From Carcharhinus amblyrhynchos (lineage: Eukaryota), in the NCBI GenBank assembly GCA_965287045.1, contig OZ336883.1, positions 30,752,001 through 30,816,000 of the forward strand: DNA of 64,000 bases, read 5' to 3'. Numbering within the stretch: position 1 is the stretch's first letter; the number at the start of each line of letters is the position of its first letter. Positions 38,851 through 53,070 of this stretch are shown here, in pieces. The translations under genes and the position numbers were made by a program. The notes under the pieces were generated by a model, which searched no databases, was not told the origin of the DNA, and saw nothing but the letters and a program-made list of their open reading frames with translations.

Positions 38851-39808
38851 ATTAAAAGAAAATAATTGGTAGACAGACACTCAAAAACTTTCATGTGTAT
38901 TAATTTATTTACACTTCAGTAATATCAGCATAAAGAGCTAAAATTACCACTAAATAAATGTGCCTAAATAATGTGGTTGAAGTTCAAGGCTTCATCTTTT
39001 AGAATTTCTTTTCTATAGTACTTGGTTAATTTTTGAAGGGTACTGCCCAACAATTCCCAGAATTATGACTTTACATAAAAAACATGGGTGCATGCGCATA
39101 AACAACGTACAATATTCACTAATGGCTATAGACAGGGACATTCAAAAACACCCACAAGCAGACTAGAAATTATTCACAACTGACAACAGTGAGAGTCGGA
39201 CACCAATATTTTATACCATGCATCCCAAGTATGAAAAGTGAAAAAAAAAAATAGAATTCGCCTTCCGACAATCAAAGGTCTGTGATGATTGCGCTAATCG
39301 CAAACATGGCAATGAAAAGGGCAATGCAATTGGCTTCAGCAGCTGAACCTGGGGGGAAAATTGATTAATGACTCTTGCTGGATTTCAGGCAAGAGCACGA
39401 TTTAGTTAGTTGAAGCCCTGACATTAAATTGCTTGCCAATACTCACGTGCAATGTTCTAACTATGTTAGGAGTTGTGGGTTTTAATTAAAAAATGTGGTT
39501 TGCACATGTAGATTCAGCTAACAGAATGATTCTAGCAACGTTTTCCTGCACAGAATTCAAAGTAAAGCAGCAGCCTCTGCAACACCCTAATGATATCACC
39601 ATTAAGTCACATGATCAACTCTTAAAGCAATCTGCAACGAGTAAAGTATATAGCATCACCATCCCGACTCGCACTTGATAGCGACTTGATTGAACTACTG
39701 GCAAGGGCATAACACCTGCATAACCATACCCCAGCAAATGGCCAACACCTTTAGGATTGGTGGGGGGCATGGTGCAGAAGGTAAAATAGGCAAAAATCCA
39801 CATTATCA

Positions 39809-40123
<315 letters not shown>

Positions 40124-40204
40124 CTATTTTCTCTGGAGTGAACAACTATGTTATCTTTTTGTTCTGTTGGGTAACTTCAGAAATGCAAGTGAAAGCGGAC
40201 TTAC

Positions 40205-40300
40205 CAAGTAGTTATCATCTTGGAAGGCATAGTGTAGTGTAGTAATCCACTGGCAATCACCATTCACCAGAACATTCCTTTCTTCGCGAAAGCAAGCAGT
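40205..40300 (-). CDS. CDC42BPB: MRCK-beta exon 4 (96 nt): [32 protein letters not shown]
   Basis: AG at 40301-40302, GTAAG donor at 40200-40204; alphaC Glu (FREER); phase 0-0. Confidence 0.96.
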
Positions 40301-42706
40301 CTATACATAAGGAAGTGTTTCATGAGCCTGATTACGTATTTTTAGTTAGATTGCATTATTTCCTACATTACTTCCTAGGTTTGGCTTCCATTTGATCAAA
40401 CTGGACCCCTGGTATGACCACTGACTAGCAACCAAAGGGATTAGTAAACTGAGGAAAAAAACTTTTGCCCACAATTAATGCTTCACAGTTTAAATATCAT
40501 TTAAGAACATCAAAGCCCCATTTTGAGTCATTTTCAAAATTTCCATGCATCTTGAATACATCATGCTTTCTTCCAATCTGATTTTTTAAAATATCTGTTA
40601 GCAAATGAGATACGACCTGATTTACTTACCATGAGCCTGGCAAGAAATGGCGTATATTCAAACTAAAACAGCAGCTTCATTGTACTATTAATACCAGGCA
40701 GATGGAAATTGCCACTCAATACTACTGAAACTAATGCTTCAGAATAGTAACACAACTAAAATTCTGCCACTAGTTTACTTTGTAATTATTTTATATTTAA
40801 CAGCTGCCTAAAGATAAGGAGGATCTTTTAAGGCAGATGCTACATGCGTTGTCAAATGGAACCCAAATAAGGAATGAAGTGAAGTTGATAATTTGAGGAA
40901 AAATCCAATTCTGTGGAAACATGTGCTTACATGTGAATGAGTCTTCGGAGTGCAAGGCCATCAGGTTGAGGATTTACCAGTAAAGGAGAAAGATCTCTGG
41001 CGAGATCCGTGACTACAGAGTTGTGCTGTATCTCGAGTCTATGCGGCAATCTCACGGACTTGGACAGTGGGCTCAAAATTACCATCTTAAATTTGCATCA
41101 TGGCTCAATTTTGATCTAAAAGTAGCAAACTAGTAAGCCCCTGAAATTTTGCACTTCTAAATATTTATATTATCGAAAAGTATTTTAAAATCTGACAATT
41201 CAAATGCTGCCCAACTACTTTTAATGATGATGGAAATCTGCACAGTGAATTTCACCAGCACCATTGCTTGCACAATGTATTCTGATTATTGTTCCTAACC
41301 ACAAATGAATTTAAATATAGGTGTAAATTTTACTGTCACATTAAAGACAACCCAAAATCTTGCTGAGTGAAAGTGTGCCCCAGAATCCCCTATTAGTGCC
41401 TGTCTGCAATCTAGTTTCAACACTGGTGCTCAGCTAAAGTGTTGACCTAACTAGACTAAAAACTTAGATTAAGGCCAGCTCTGGCTAGCAGGATTTACTC
41501 TGCATCAAATTACCAAGTGCCCATCCACACACAGATTGAAATACTAGAAAAGGAGTGATAGTAGCCCCCCAATTTCCCCAACCAATAAGTGACAGGAACA
41601 TGTTGGAGCACATACCCAATTAACATTCTGTCATGTTCTTCCCAAATCTAAAGATCTGCCAATGGCAGATGGAAGTCATAGGCCACTGAGTATTAATTTT
41701 AGAGGATATTTCACAATATTGACCTGAAAGTCTGGTAGACTACTATGGGAAAAGGTAGACGTTTACCAGTCTTAGGTGATTAAGGACTGCATGGCTCAAT
41801 TTATTTCTTGTAAAAAAATGCAGCATGTGCAAGCAGATTTTATGAAAAGAACTGTGAATACAAATTATGTGGCATAAAGTGTTATTTCTTCACCAAGATG
41901 GGCTTACTGTAAAGTTATTGACACTTCTGAACAGCGGATGCCTTCAAGTAATTGTCACGTTTCATTTTAGAAAAGGTAGGTTCATTCTTACATCATTGAT
42001 ATTTTCGTATTTTCTTTCCTCCATGAAATCCTTAATGCATGTGTGACTAGATGACAAATCACATCCAGCCCGTACTAAATCTTTCCAACACTTCAGCACA
42101 ATGGTCAGTTTAAAGAAAAACATTTATTTCCCCACTGCTTTTACATGGTTTATACAATTCCCCTGTAACAAAATACAAAAATATATACTCTGGTCCCTAA
42201 TGTGTGTAACTGATACTTTACACAGTTCCAATGATTCACATTGTGATTGTAATCCTTCCAGCTTAAATCAAGCTCCTGCACCTAAATAAACTGGCTTGCT
42301 CATTACAATCAGATAAAAAATATCAGAACTACAAAAATTGTAGATATTCATCTTGTTTCAAGTTCTCATATATAATAATAGTTAGGTGGTGTAACCACAA
42401 ACTGGTTTAAGCAAAAACAATCATTTATTTCGAAAAGCGATTGTGCTGAGGAAATGAAAATTAGATCCAATTGAGCACCTAATGACAAAAAATAAACTCC
42501 TACAAACTATTTACTAGCTAAATTTCTCCTAAGTTTTTTTCTTTAAAAGATCAGAAGGAGAAATCACATTATGTCAACATCATATGGTTCAAGTGAGTTT
42601 CAACCATGATCCATTTTCACTGCAATCTCAAAGCATAATTTGCCACATCCATCTGCAAGGCAATTCAGCCCAAAATGTAAAATTGGGATGCATACACTGA
42701 AATCTA

Positions 42707-42808
<102 letters not shown>

Positions 42809-43852
42809 CTAACGAACAAAATTGTGAGATTTACACAAATTTTATAACAGCTTACAAGTCATCAGTCTATTCAAAATTAATAAAGGACAGAATCCATGTT
42901 TAATTTCTTCTTGCTCTTTGCTCTAAGCAACTCACACGTGTTTCTAAAAATTAACACATTTATGATTAATTTTGTAGAATTAAAGAATAATGCAGCATAG
43001 AATTTGGTCTGTCATGTCTGTGTTGGCTCTTTCAAACAGCAATCCAATTACTCCTATGTGCTGGTTCTGAGTAATTTTTTCCTCCTTCAGTATTTATCCA
43101 ATACTCTTTTGAAACTTAGTACTGAATCTATTTCCATTCCCCTATCAGACAATGCACACCTATTCCAAACCACATGTTGTGTAAAAGATGTCTTTCCTCA
43201 TGTTGCTGTGTCAATCATCGCAAGTCTGTGCTTTCTGGCTATCAACTCTTTATGCATTGAGAAGTAGGGTCTAGCTTGTCACGCTGTATATGAATTGAAT
43301 TGTATTTACTGTTCTTCAATACCCCACTAATGTTTTCACTGGAAGGTTTCAGCCTGGGAATGGTCTTAATATATTTGTCCAGAACTGATCTTTAACTAAC
43401 TGAAATTAGATTGTGCGTCTTGAGATTGTGTATTTTAGCCAACTTTTTCAAGATGCCTCATTGGCATTTCATCAGCAAACAACTGGAATACTGTTCACCA
43501 GTTTCTAGCAGTTTGTGCTCATTTGTGTTTCCAAATTACTTGCAGAAAGATTAGAAAGACAAGTTTGAAAAGCTTTATTCAGATAAAGATGACTGTGTTG
43601 GCAGAGAACTTGAGTAAAAATGACAGTCTATAAATATTACCAGCCTGAACTCATTAAAAAAAACTACAAATTCAGTCCTGAAACAAATAAAAATGTCTAA
43701 TTATCCATTATCAACTGTTTTGCTAAAGTTGGAAACGTAAACATTCTAAATACTAACAGCTGTGAGACAGAAAGAACGCGAAAGAGAAACAATAAGATGC
43801 AAGACTCCATATCAGGAGACAATGTATTTAATCTTTGACATTTGAGGAATTG

Positions 43853-44195
43853 ATAGAACATAGAATCCCTGCAGTGTAGGAGGACAGTTGGCCCATCAAG
43901 TTTGTACCAACTCTCTGACCGTGCATCTTTACTCAGGTCCCCTCCCCCATCCTATCCCCTTAACCTCACACATTTACCATGGCTAATCCATCCAACCTAC
44001 ACATCTTTGGATACTAAGAGGCAAATTTAACATGGCCAATCCACCTAATCAGCACATCTTTAGACCGAGAGGGGAAGCCAAAGCATCCAGAGGAGAAACA
44101 CACAGATATGGGGAGAATGTGCAAACTCCACATGAGCATTCAAAATTGGAGTCCCAGGTCCCTTGAGCTGTGAGGCTGCAGTGCTAACCGCTCAG
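43853..44195 (-). mobile_element. HE1-type V-SINE
   Basis: atagaacatagaatccctgcagtg tail; ggggagaatgtgcaaactccac; gctgtgaggctgcagtgctaacc head on the reverse strand. Confidence 0.88.
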
Positions 44196-45371
44196 CTGTC
44201 CAAAACAACATTGAGGATTCCTCTTTCTCTCACCCTCACCCTCCATAAGGACAATGTTACCTCCCTTTTCCAAATTCAGACCAATGTCAGGAATCCAGAA
44301 GTGAGTCAAACCAGGTTCACTTTCCACCAGGACTGCTAAACCCCAGGTTCCCAACACACAGCAATTCTAAGCCACAGGGCGACCTCAAGATGCAAAATTC
44401 CAACATCCTCACTGTACTATGAAACTGTGTCAGCTGCAACAAAACCCCAGTTCCCCTTCTGAGTACTGCTAAACACTAGACAATACTTTCCTCTTAACCA
44501 CTGCATCTCACGTACCAATTTGTGTTGTGTTGTTAGCTTTAAAATAGTAAGCTAACAAAAGGTCATTTTCAGTTATCACAGAATAATTAGTAGTGCTGAG
44601 AAATTTAATCAAAGTACCCAGTGAAGGAAACTGATTAAAAATATTAATCGCTAAATCAGTGGTCTTGATGTCAAGCTTAAATATGCATTAAATGCATCCA
44701 GTGTTATAGAATGGAAAAGGCAGGAGAATGGGGATGAAAAAAATCAGCCATGATTGAATGACGGAGCAGATTCAATGGGCTGAGTGACCTCCTTCTGCTC
44801 CTATGTCTTTTGGTCTTACAGACTTACAAAATAGTGTTACCTTACAATGCCACAGAACCACTACTAACTATTTATTAAAACTGTTGAGAGATTCAGAACA
44901 TCCCAAGCTTTTGTAGTTAGTTCTATTTCAGGATTTAATCAATGGGAAACTCCATTTTAAACATGTCAACATTTCCATGCAGTAGCCTTTATGTCTGAAG
45001 TTGCTCCTGTTGATGGCCTTTAATGTACTAGCAAACAAAATTCTGCAATTTAACCCGAGTTCTATCACTTGCCAGCTCAATTACAAAGCTGCTAGATTGA
45101 ATTCCAGAAATCCATCAGTCCTCATCTGGCTGCAGTCAAAGTGGAGTAATGTAATAAAATGTAAATACATGAAATTCATTTTCTTCTTTACTAAGAGTAA
45201 GGCGCCTAGTCGCTTGAGCTGGAACGAACTGTACACAGTAATAAGAGGCCTACTGAAGAGAATCCACTAGTGTCCACAATTACTCCTCATTCACCATTCT
45301 GAAAATCCATCTCAGTTTCTTCCACTATGCAGTTTCACAGTTTTGTCCAATATCCCTCCCCACCCCCTGCT

Positions 45372-46075
45372 GTTTTTTGCAAAAATATACTTTATTCATA
45401 AAATATCTACAAGAGACATTACAAAATATTTCAAATTGTCAGAACAAGAAAGTGCAATGATATTCACATTTTTTCCAGAGATCAAGATTCTCTTTAGGGT
45501 GTTTCAATTCAGTAATGAGAATATCATAAACATTTCAATATTTTTGTTACAGAGAATACAATTCTATTCAAACCACATACATGGGTCATGTTGCATTCTG
45601 AGGTGCTTCAATACAATTACATACTATTAGGATTAAGCACACAGTTCGTGGGGTTTTATATGGTTTAAAGCCCCTTTGTGTACATTGGCTGAGAGGCCTT
45701 GCACAGTGGCCTTTTCCTATTGTACTTTGGCAATGGCTGAGTGCACCCAAGCTTGAGTGCATCCCTCAGCACGTAGTCCTGGACCTTGGAATGTGCCAGT
45801 CTGCAACACTTGGTCGAGGATAGTTCTTTGCACTGGAAAATCAACAGGTTTTGGGCAGACCAAGGAACGTCTTTCACCGAGTTGATGATCTTCCAGCAGC
45901 AGTTGTTGTTTGTCTCAGTGTCTCTCCCTGGGAACAGCCCACAGGGCACAAAGTCCTGTGTCACAGAGTTACTCAGGATAAATACTACTGTATCTCTCTC
46001 TCCAAACCATTTTTGCAAAGGAACATTATAGGGCTGTGGTACTGCTTTAACATGCTGACATGACAGTTGCTTTTC
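45372..46075 (-). mobile_element. Tx1-clade (L1-group) LINE 3' end
   Basis: ORF 45665..46111 contains WKIINSVKDVPWSAQNLLIFQCKELS..CCRLAHSKVQDYVLRDALKLG, resembling the Tx1 ORF2 C-terminus; minus-strand AATAAA and A-rich tail at 45372-45400. Confidence 0.75.
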
Positions 46076-47775
46076 TTCCCTATAGTCTGGGGTGTTGATT
46101 AGATAGTCCACCTCCCCAATTCTCTTTGCTACTGTATGGGTGACTGAACTGGGCTTTCAGAGGGTCACCCTGTATCAGTGGGAGCACGAACACACCATCT
46201 CCTGGCAAAGGATTCAAGTCTTGAAACGTTTGTCTGCTAGCTTTTTCATAGCTGTTTGGGAGGTTTTTATGCACTCCTGAACCACATCACAGGCTCCTGT
46301 AAGCTGCTCACGAAATGGATATGATATTGTCTAACATGGCAAGCTCTTTCTTCTACTCTAAACATTTGTCCTTGATTAGCTGAACAGGACCCCTCACTTA
46401 GTACCTACAAGCTAACTCAAAAGAGGCAAACCTGCTTAACTCAGAAGTCCTGGTGGAAAACAGAACAAAATCCAGGCCTTTATCCTAGTCATGGAGATAC
46501 GTGTGACAGGATGCCTCAAGTACTGTTCTAAAGCTCCTTACAAAATGTGGGTGATATGTTGAGGACCTCCTGGAATACTTTAATCAAGGTTTAAGCCCTG
46601 ATGCGACTGGATCTCAGTGGACAGCTGATAATTGTGTTAATTCCTCCACCACTAGCTTGGCAGAGATGGTTCCCAGTGGAATGGCCTCTGCGAATTCAAT
46701 AGCTACATTAGGGGTTCCATTCACATACACACAGGGCAGGGTAGGTGTAGGAAAATGCTTTGTTGAAGGGGCGGCGCGGGCTCGTTAGGCCGAAGGGCCT
46801 GTTTCCCGTGCTGGGTTGTTCTTTGTTCTAGCCACATCAATAGTAATAGGAATATATGGTTTTGTTTTCATCAGTGGTCTTGTTCAATCCACAAACAGCT
46901 TTGGTTCTCCAAATGCAGGTAGGGGAAGCATACGTGCAGGTTTATTGCAAGCTGCGGTTTCGCCACTACTTGACAGGTGTGGCAAGATTTTCAGAATCTC
47001 ATCACATCTTTGTGGAGGTGTGGCTAATAAAAATGCTGGTTTATGGGGGCTTAAGCTTTTCATACACTGACACATCCAGTCATTGGGATTTCATGGGCTA
47101 GCCTCAGTATCTTGGCAGCATCACTATCTGGTGGATCACTGTCCACTTTTCATTTGCATGTCTGTGACAGGCTCTCCACTTCAGCCTGTGTTCGAGCAGT
47201 CTGTACCAGGCCAGCTTGCTGAACCACAACCAAGGAAAACCTACTCATTACATCCTTGGAGTCTTCCAAACTTCCCAAAAAAGTTCTGGATAACTAGATG
47301 GTTGAAGTCATCTGTCTACAGTGCTCGTTTGGCCACCTCTGAATGGCTCATTGGGCCATAGACCAGGTTACCCCACAGTCAAGAAAAATGCAAAGAATTT
47401 TCATCTGCTTTTTATGTGCCCCAATAAATCCTACAGACTTTCCCTCTAACCTCCAAAAATCAGCACAAAAGTGATCAGTCTTAAGGGAACTGGAATACAT
47501 AAGCATCCAAGCCGTGCTCCTTTTGTTGTCTGAGGTGGGGTTTCTGTATTTCCAGCCATCCCCTCTCTCCCATTGGTGCTCAGCTTTCTAGCGTTCTCCC
47601 ATCTCCTAAGCTTTCCAGGCTGCTGAGGATGAATAGGTAAGGGTTTCTTTTGGGCTGAGGACTTAAGCACAAGCTCATAATCATTAGTGAGAGTTCTGCG
47701 TGACTGGCCCTTGCCACTTTCTGATCTTGTGTGTGTTTTTAGGAAGAGGCTGTGCATTTTTGAATGGGGTGGGAT

Positions 47776-47962
47776 GGCATGATGGCGCAATGGTTAGCAC
47801 TGTTGCCTCAGAGGGACCCAGGGTCAATTCCCGACTTGGGTCACTGTCCGTGTGGAGTCCACGTGTTTTCCCTACGTTGCATGGGTTTCCTCCTGTTTCC
47901 TCCCAGTTGGAAAGGTGGGCTGATTAGGTGCAGTGGTCATGTTAAATTCTCCCTCAGTGTAC
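47776..47962 (+). mobile_element. HE1-type V-SINE, 3' truncated
   Basis: ggcatgatggcgcaatggttagcactgttgcctca...gtgtggagtccacgtgttttccc...ggtcatgttaaattctccc. Confidence 0.8.
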
Positions 47963-48363
47963 CTAAACAAGATTTGTTCTTTCTCTTTCTTCTTTTTATT
48001 TTGGAATTCTAGTTGTAGCCATCTCCGTTTTAGTTGTAATCATGCTGAAGCTAAGCTGCCTGTTCCACATCCTCCAGGTAAACAATCTAATTGTGTGGCC
48101 AGTAGTTTTACAGTTTCAGCTTTCCTGGCTTTTGAATGCATCTGTAACTGCACCACCTTAGCTATACTTTTTAAACTCAAAGGTTTGAAACTTTAAATTA
48201 TTGAAACTAATTTCCATCTGTTCTAGAAAGACACTGGCTTCAAATGTGATTATTTTGCACTTTAGTATGGTAAATCCAAGAAATCTTGCAGCAATTCTTT
48301 CTTTTTAAAAGAAATTTGCTTTAAGGGGACAGGGGTTTTCATGAATTTAGCAAGGATGTGCTT

Positions 48364-48913
48364 TGTCAGTACTGCAGGAGTCCCACTATCTACACTTTCA
48401 AATGATAAAGAATTGACCAGAAAGGTTATTTGAGCTTAAACAAAGAACAATATAGGTTTATTGACCCTAATTCCCGAATTAAAACTAGACAAATTGCAAC
48501 CATCATTCCTACACACACATCCCCTGGACCCATATACACTAGTTCAATTGGTAGAACATGAGGATAAGTTTACAGTTTGTGAAAATAAACAATCAAATAA
48601 AATATACAGTTAACTGCCCTTTGGCTAGTGTCGATGCAGTGATTCTACATTGTGTTCAGTTGGCTTCCCGAGTGTAATTCTATGGAGTAGATTACCACAT
48701 TTCATTCCCAAAAGAGCTTGGTTTGCAATAGATTTCTCTTCTCAGGGTAGTTACTTTCCAAATCCTGCAACTACACTTTAGAAAGGGTGACAGAGAGAGA
48801 AACAGCTTCCTTGCAGCTTTTCAGTGTAGAATTCTGATATCTTGTATACTCTGGTTTTGTAAAACAGTACTGCTGGCTGTAAATTCTACAGGTAGTCTTT
48901 GTTTCATACAACA
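48364..48913. mobile_element. Possible old solo LTR
   Basis: TGTCA start and AACA end, minus-strand AATAAA near 48457; no clear TSD. Confidence 0.3.
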
Positions 48914-49095
48914 GGTAAATTGCATTTTGATGTCTCATCTAATATGAAAGTCAACCATTGCCTTAATAGGATTCCAATTTGCTTTTTTTTTTAAAAAATT
49001 GAGCCCAAAAATTTAAGACAAAAGTGCTTGCATGAAATGCAAAACACTAAAATCTACTAAAATAACTTTTATGAGTAACGTATCTTGATTTTTAT

Positions 49096-49631
49096 AAGAA
49101 CATAAGAAATAGGAGCAGGAGTAGGCCATCTAGCCCTTCGAGCCTGCCCCGCCATTCATAAGATCATGGCTGATCTGTCATGGCTCAGTTCCACATTCCC
49201 ACCCTCTCCCCATAACCCTTAATCCCCTCTCTTATCAAAAACCCATCAACCCGCGTCTTAAAAATATTTAGCGAGGCAGCCTCCACCACTTCAACGGGCA
49301 GAGAATTCCAGAGATTCACCACCCTTTGAGTGAAGAAGTTCCTCCTCAACTCCGTTCTAAACCGCCCTCCCTTTATCCTGAGGCTGTGCCCCCTAGTCCT
49401 ACTGTCTTTTTTCAGCGGGAAGAGTCTCTCCACCTCTATCCTATCCATCCCATTAATCATCTTATACGTCTCAATGAGATCTCCCCTCATTCTTCTAAAC
49501 TCTAACGAGTACAAGCCTAGTTTATTCAGCCTCTCCTCATAGCTCAACCCCCTCAACTCCGGTATCAGCCTAGTAAACCTCCTCTGCACTCCCTCCAAGG
49601 CCAAAATATCCTTGTGCAGGTGTGGCGCCCA
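49096..49631 (-). mobile_element. Young 5'-truncated CR1 LINE with intact ORF2 C-terminus
   Basis: ORF 49185..49688 open from WAPHLHKDILALEGVQRRFTRLIP to the natural stop; intact 3' UTR and ttcttatg tail repeats; CpGs retained. Confidence 0.95.
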
Positions 49632-51589
49632 AATCATTTTTGTGAACATTTTTCCTATAATGCTGTTAAATATTATCTTTCTTTGCATCTCAATGGTGTC
49701 TCTTATGACCCTTATCTTTCAAAATCTTTTACAAATTTCTTCCGATTAGTAGGGACATGGCTTTTTATGTTATAAAATAAAAAAGGAAACCATTTACGTA
49801 AATATGCGAGTGAACTGTCAGTTACCAAAATTATTTTCATGCTACTGCCATTATTTGTTTTGGATCCTGTAGTGATATCCAGAAAGTAGTAAATGTTTAT
49901 TTCCAATAGCAGAACCTATCACCTCAAAGGAAAAAACTTAACGTAAGCGAATGTGTTATCACCTGAGGAAATTAACAGAATTTGTTCTCAAGCCTCAATA
50001 ACTAGCATTAAAAGAAATAAATGGCAATTTGGGCTGCCATGTACTGTTTTTCTACAGAACCCCAGGCAATATGCTATGTTATACAGAGTAATACATAATT
50101 GTAGCAGTGCAATAATACATTATGTCCCTCTACGGCTGCAAAGTCTAACTCAGGTTGTCAAATACATTAACCACGAGTCAAGTGTGGCTACTCAGGAATT
50201 CAGGTGTGGCAAACTGCATGCTTGATTAGTTTATTGAAAAACAGGAGGCACCAATGTCAGGCATATGATCTCAATACTCATTTTGCATGGCCCATGCATG
50301 TGCACGTTGCCTTTTTGTAAGATTGTTGGTGAAATAGTCAACACAACAGCAGTGCCCAAACACTTTTGATTGTTTCATGCACTTTACTTCCTTGGTTACT
50401 TACTAATGATCTGCTACAAATGTGCAATAATTTTACCCATATAGCGCCATCATAATTCCAGTGAATTGGCACTCCTTCCAAGGCCAATACACAAGAACAC
50501 AGGAATTAGGAGCAGGAGGCGGCAATCTGACCCCTCAAGCCTGCTCTGCCATTCAATAAGGTCATGGCTGATTGAACTCTGGCAGCAATTCCACTTTTCT
50601 GTCACCCATAACCCTTCTGATCAAAAATCTATTTAACTCAACCTTGGCTACATTCAATGACCTAGCCTCCTCTGGTCTCTAGGGAACAGAGTCCAACAGA
50701 CAAATGACCAGAGAAAATTTCTCCTCCTCTTAGTCTTAAATAGGAGGGAGTATAATTTTAATTGCCCATGACTAAACAGAAAAGTTTTGATTTGCATATT
50801 TGTGTAATCAGTGGTGTATTTCTCCTTTCCCCTCAATTTCTACGTTCATACATGAAAAGTGGGATAAAGAAAATAGCTACAAGGAAAAGATCACAGAGAA
50901 AATATGATTTTTTTCCAAATTAACCCAGATTCAAAGTCCAATGGTGTATTCTTGCAGAGTTGGTAGGCTGAACAGTGATGGTGGATAATTCACATTTCTG
51001 GTGAGATGACTTCCACTATGGGATAGGCATGTAGAGATGGATTAGTCTTGTAAGTGCTGACACAGATGCTCCACTAAAAACAGTGAAGGTGTGAAACCAG
51101 GTATTCAAACCCGGCCAGAGACCTTATTTAGGAACTGCTTCTTGCTAGATGGAAAATGGCTGAACTTTACAGCTTCAGCAAGACAGGGTCCAGCCTCGAG
51201 CATCATGTGACAGGACACCCACTTCTCCATTTTGATTTGGGCAAAGAATATTTATCTGTCGGCATTTATGAAATGGATTGTGTTTCCACCATTAATAATT
51301 TCAAGAGGTTTCAGGATCCTATGCCCTCGTAAACGGGTCGTTTTTGTTGCATTTCTAAGGCTAGGCTGAAGCAAACAGTGTTTGTAAAATTGTCTTGGAA
51401 TTTGGTCTCTGCAGTCAGAGAGCATTAGCGCCTCTTTAGAGATAATGAGTGTCAACTTCTTATTGCTGCAATCTTCCTTTTGTTTGAATCATAGCTTTAA
51501 TCATTTTAAAGCCTTTGCCCTGTTTTTATGATTTTATAAATCAGCCATGATGATATGTTGTATATATTATGAAAGAAAATTTTTAAAAG

Positions 51590-53070
51590 TGTGTCCCCTC
51601 ATTGTAGATTGTTTCACATGTGGAAACATCATTTCAACTTCCAACCTGTTGGAGTCCCCGCAGGTTCTTATATGTTTCAATAAGATCACCTCTCATTCTT
51701 CTAAGCTCCCAAGATACAGGTCCAACCTATTCAATCCTTCCTCATAAAACAGACTCTTTAAAGTCAATCAAGTGAACCTTCTCTGAACTCGTTCTAATGC
51801 ACTTGTATCTCTCCTTAAAGAGATCAAAACTGTACACGACACCCTAGATGTGCTCTTGCTAAGGCCCTGTACAGCTGTAGCAATACTACTCAACTTTACC
51901 AACATGCCACTTGCTTTTGCCACATTCTAACATTTTGTGATTCATGTACCAGGACTTCCCGGTCCCTCTGTACCGTAGAGTTCTTCAGTCTCTTTCCATC
52001 TAAATAATATACTGCTTTTCTATTCCTCCTGCCAAAGTGAAATAGTTCAGATTTTTACCCACTTCCTCAACCAACTCAATCCCTTTGCAAATTCTATGCT
52101 GTCTTGACAAATGACTTTTCTATCTTTCTATCAGCAAATTTAGCAACCGTACATTTGGTCCCTTCATCCAAGTCATTGTTACAGATTGTAAGTAATTGAG
52201 GCCCAGCATTGCTCCCTGTCTCATTCCATTAGTTACAGGTTGCCAATGCAAAAATGACCAAATTTCCTTTATTCTCTGTTTCCTAATAGCTATGATGTGG
52301 AGATGTCAGCATTGGACAATAAGAAGTCTCACAACACCAGGTTAAAGTCCAACAGGATTATTTGCCTACAAAATACTCACATTGCAACCATTATCTTGTA
52401 AATTGAGTTTGTGTCCACGTATCTGCCCTGTTTGTGAACACAACTCCTCACTCACCTGATGAAGGAATGAGAGTCCAAAAGCCTGTGCTGCCAAATAAAC
52501 CTGTTGGACTTTAACCTGGTGTTGAGAGACTTCTTACTGCCTTAATAGCTAGCTAATCTAATGATATGAATCATTACCTCCTCCATGGGTTCTTATTTTG
52601 TGGAGTCAAATTTAATGTGTTACCTTATTCAATAATTTTGGAAATCCAAGTACGCCACATCTATAGGTTCCCTTTGATCCACCTTGCTTATTACTTCCTC
52701 AAAAAGCCAACATGTTACTCCTGCAATTACCTCTAGTAAAGAATTCTCACATTTTTCCAATGAAAAGTTAGACCAACCGGTCTCTAATTTTCTTCATGTC
52801 TCCTTTCTTTCTTGAATAAAGTGATGCGATTTACGATTTTCCAAACCACTGGGACTTTTCCAGACTCGATGCAACTACTATCTCCGCAGCCAAATCATTT
52901 TCAAACCCTAGGATGAAAGCCACCAGACTCAGGAAACTTGCCAGCCTTTAGTTCAAATAATTTTCCCAGTACTTTTCCTTTGTGATTGTCTTAAATTCTT
53001 CCCTCCTTCTCACCTCGATTTTCAACCATTAAGGTTTTTTTGTCTTCTATAGTGAAGACAGATTTAAAAT
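51590..53070 (-). mobile_element. CR1 LINE fragment, decayed, interrupted by a palindromic element
   Basis: Collinear with the CR1 at 22348-23710 (tcaataagatcacctctcattctt, cagcaaatttagc, ccaagtcatt, ttggaaatccaagtac). Smaller CR1 tails at about 50490-50770, 42975-43265, 60683-60855, 30595-30700, 44710-44820 and 46765-46830. Confidence 0.8.
52293..52540. mobile_element. Penelope-derived palindromic element (family B) with a hammerhead-like core
   Basis: Inverted arms aagaagtctcacaacaccaggttaaagtccaacagg / cctgttggactttaacctggtgttgagagacttctt; CTGATGA core at 52456-52462; TSD cctaatagcta / cttaatagcta. Confidence 0.8.

Noticed and set aside
51252-51455. 67-aa minus-strand ORF as a hidden exon
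   Set aside because: No convincing splice sites in frame and no recognisable similarity to MRCK or another protein family.
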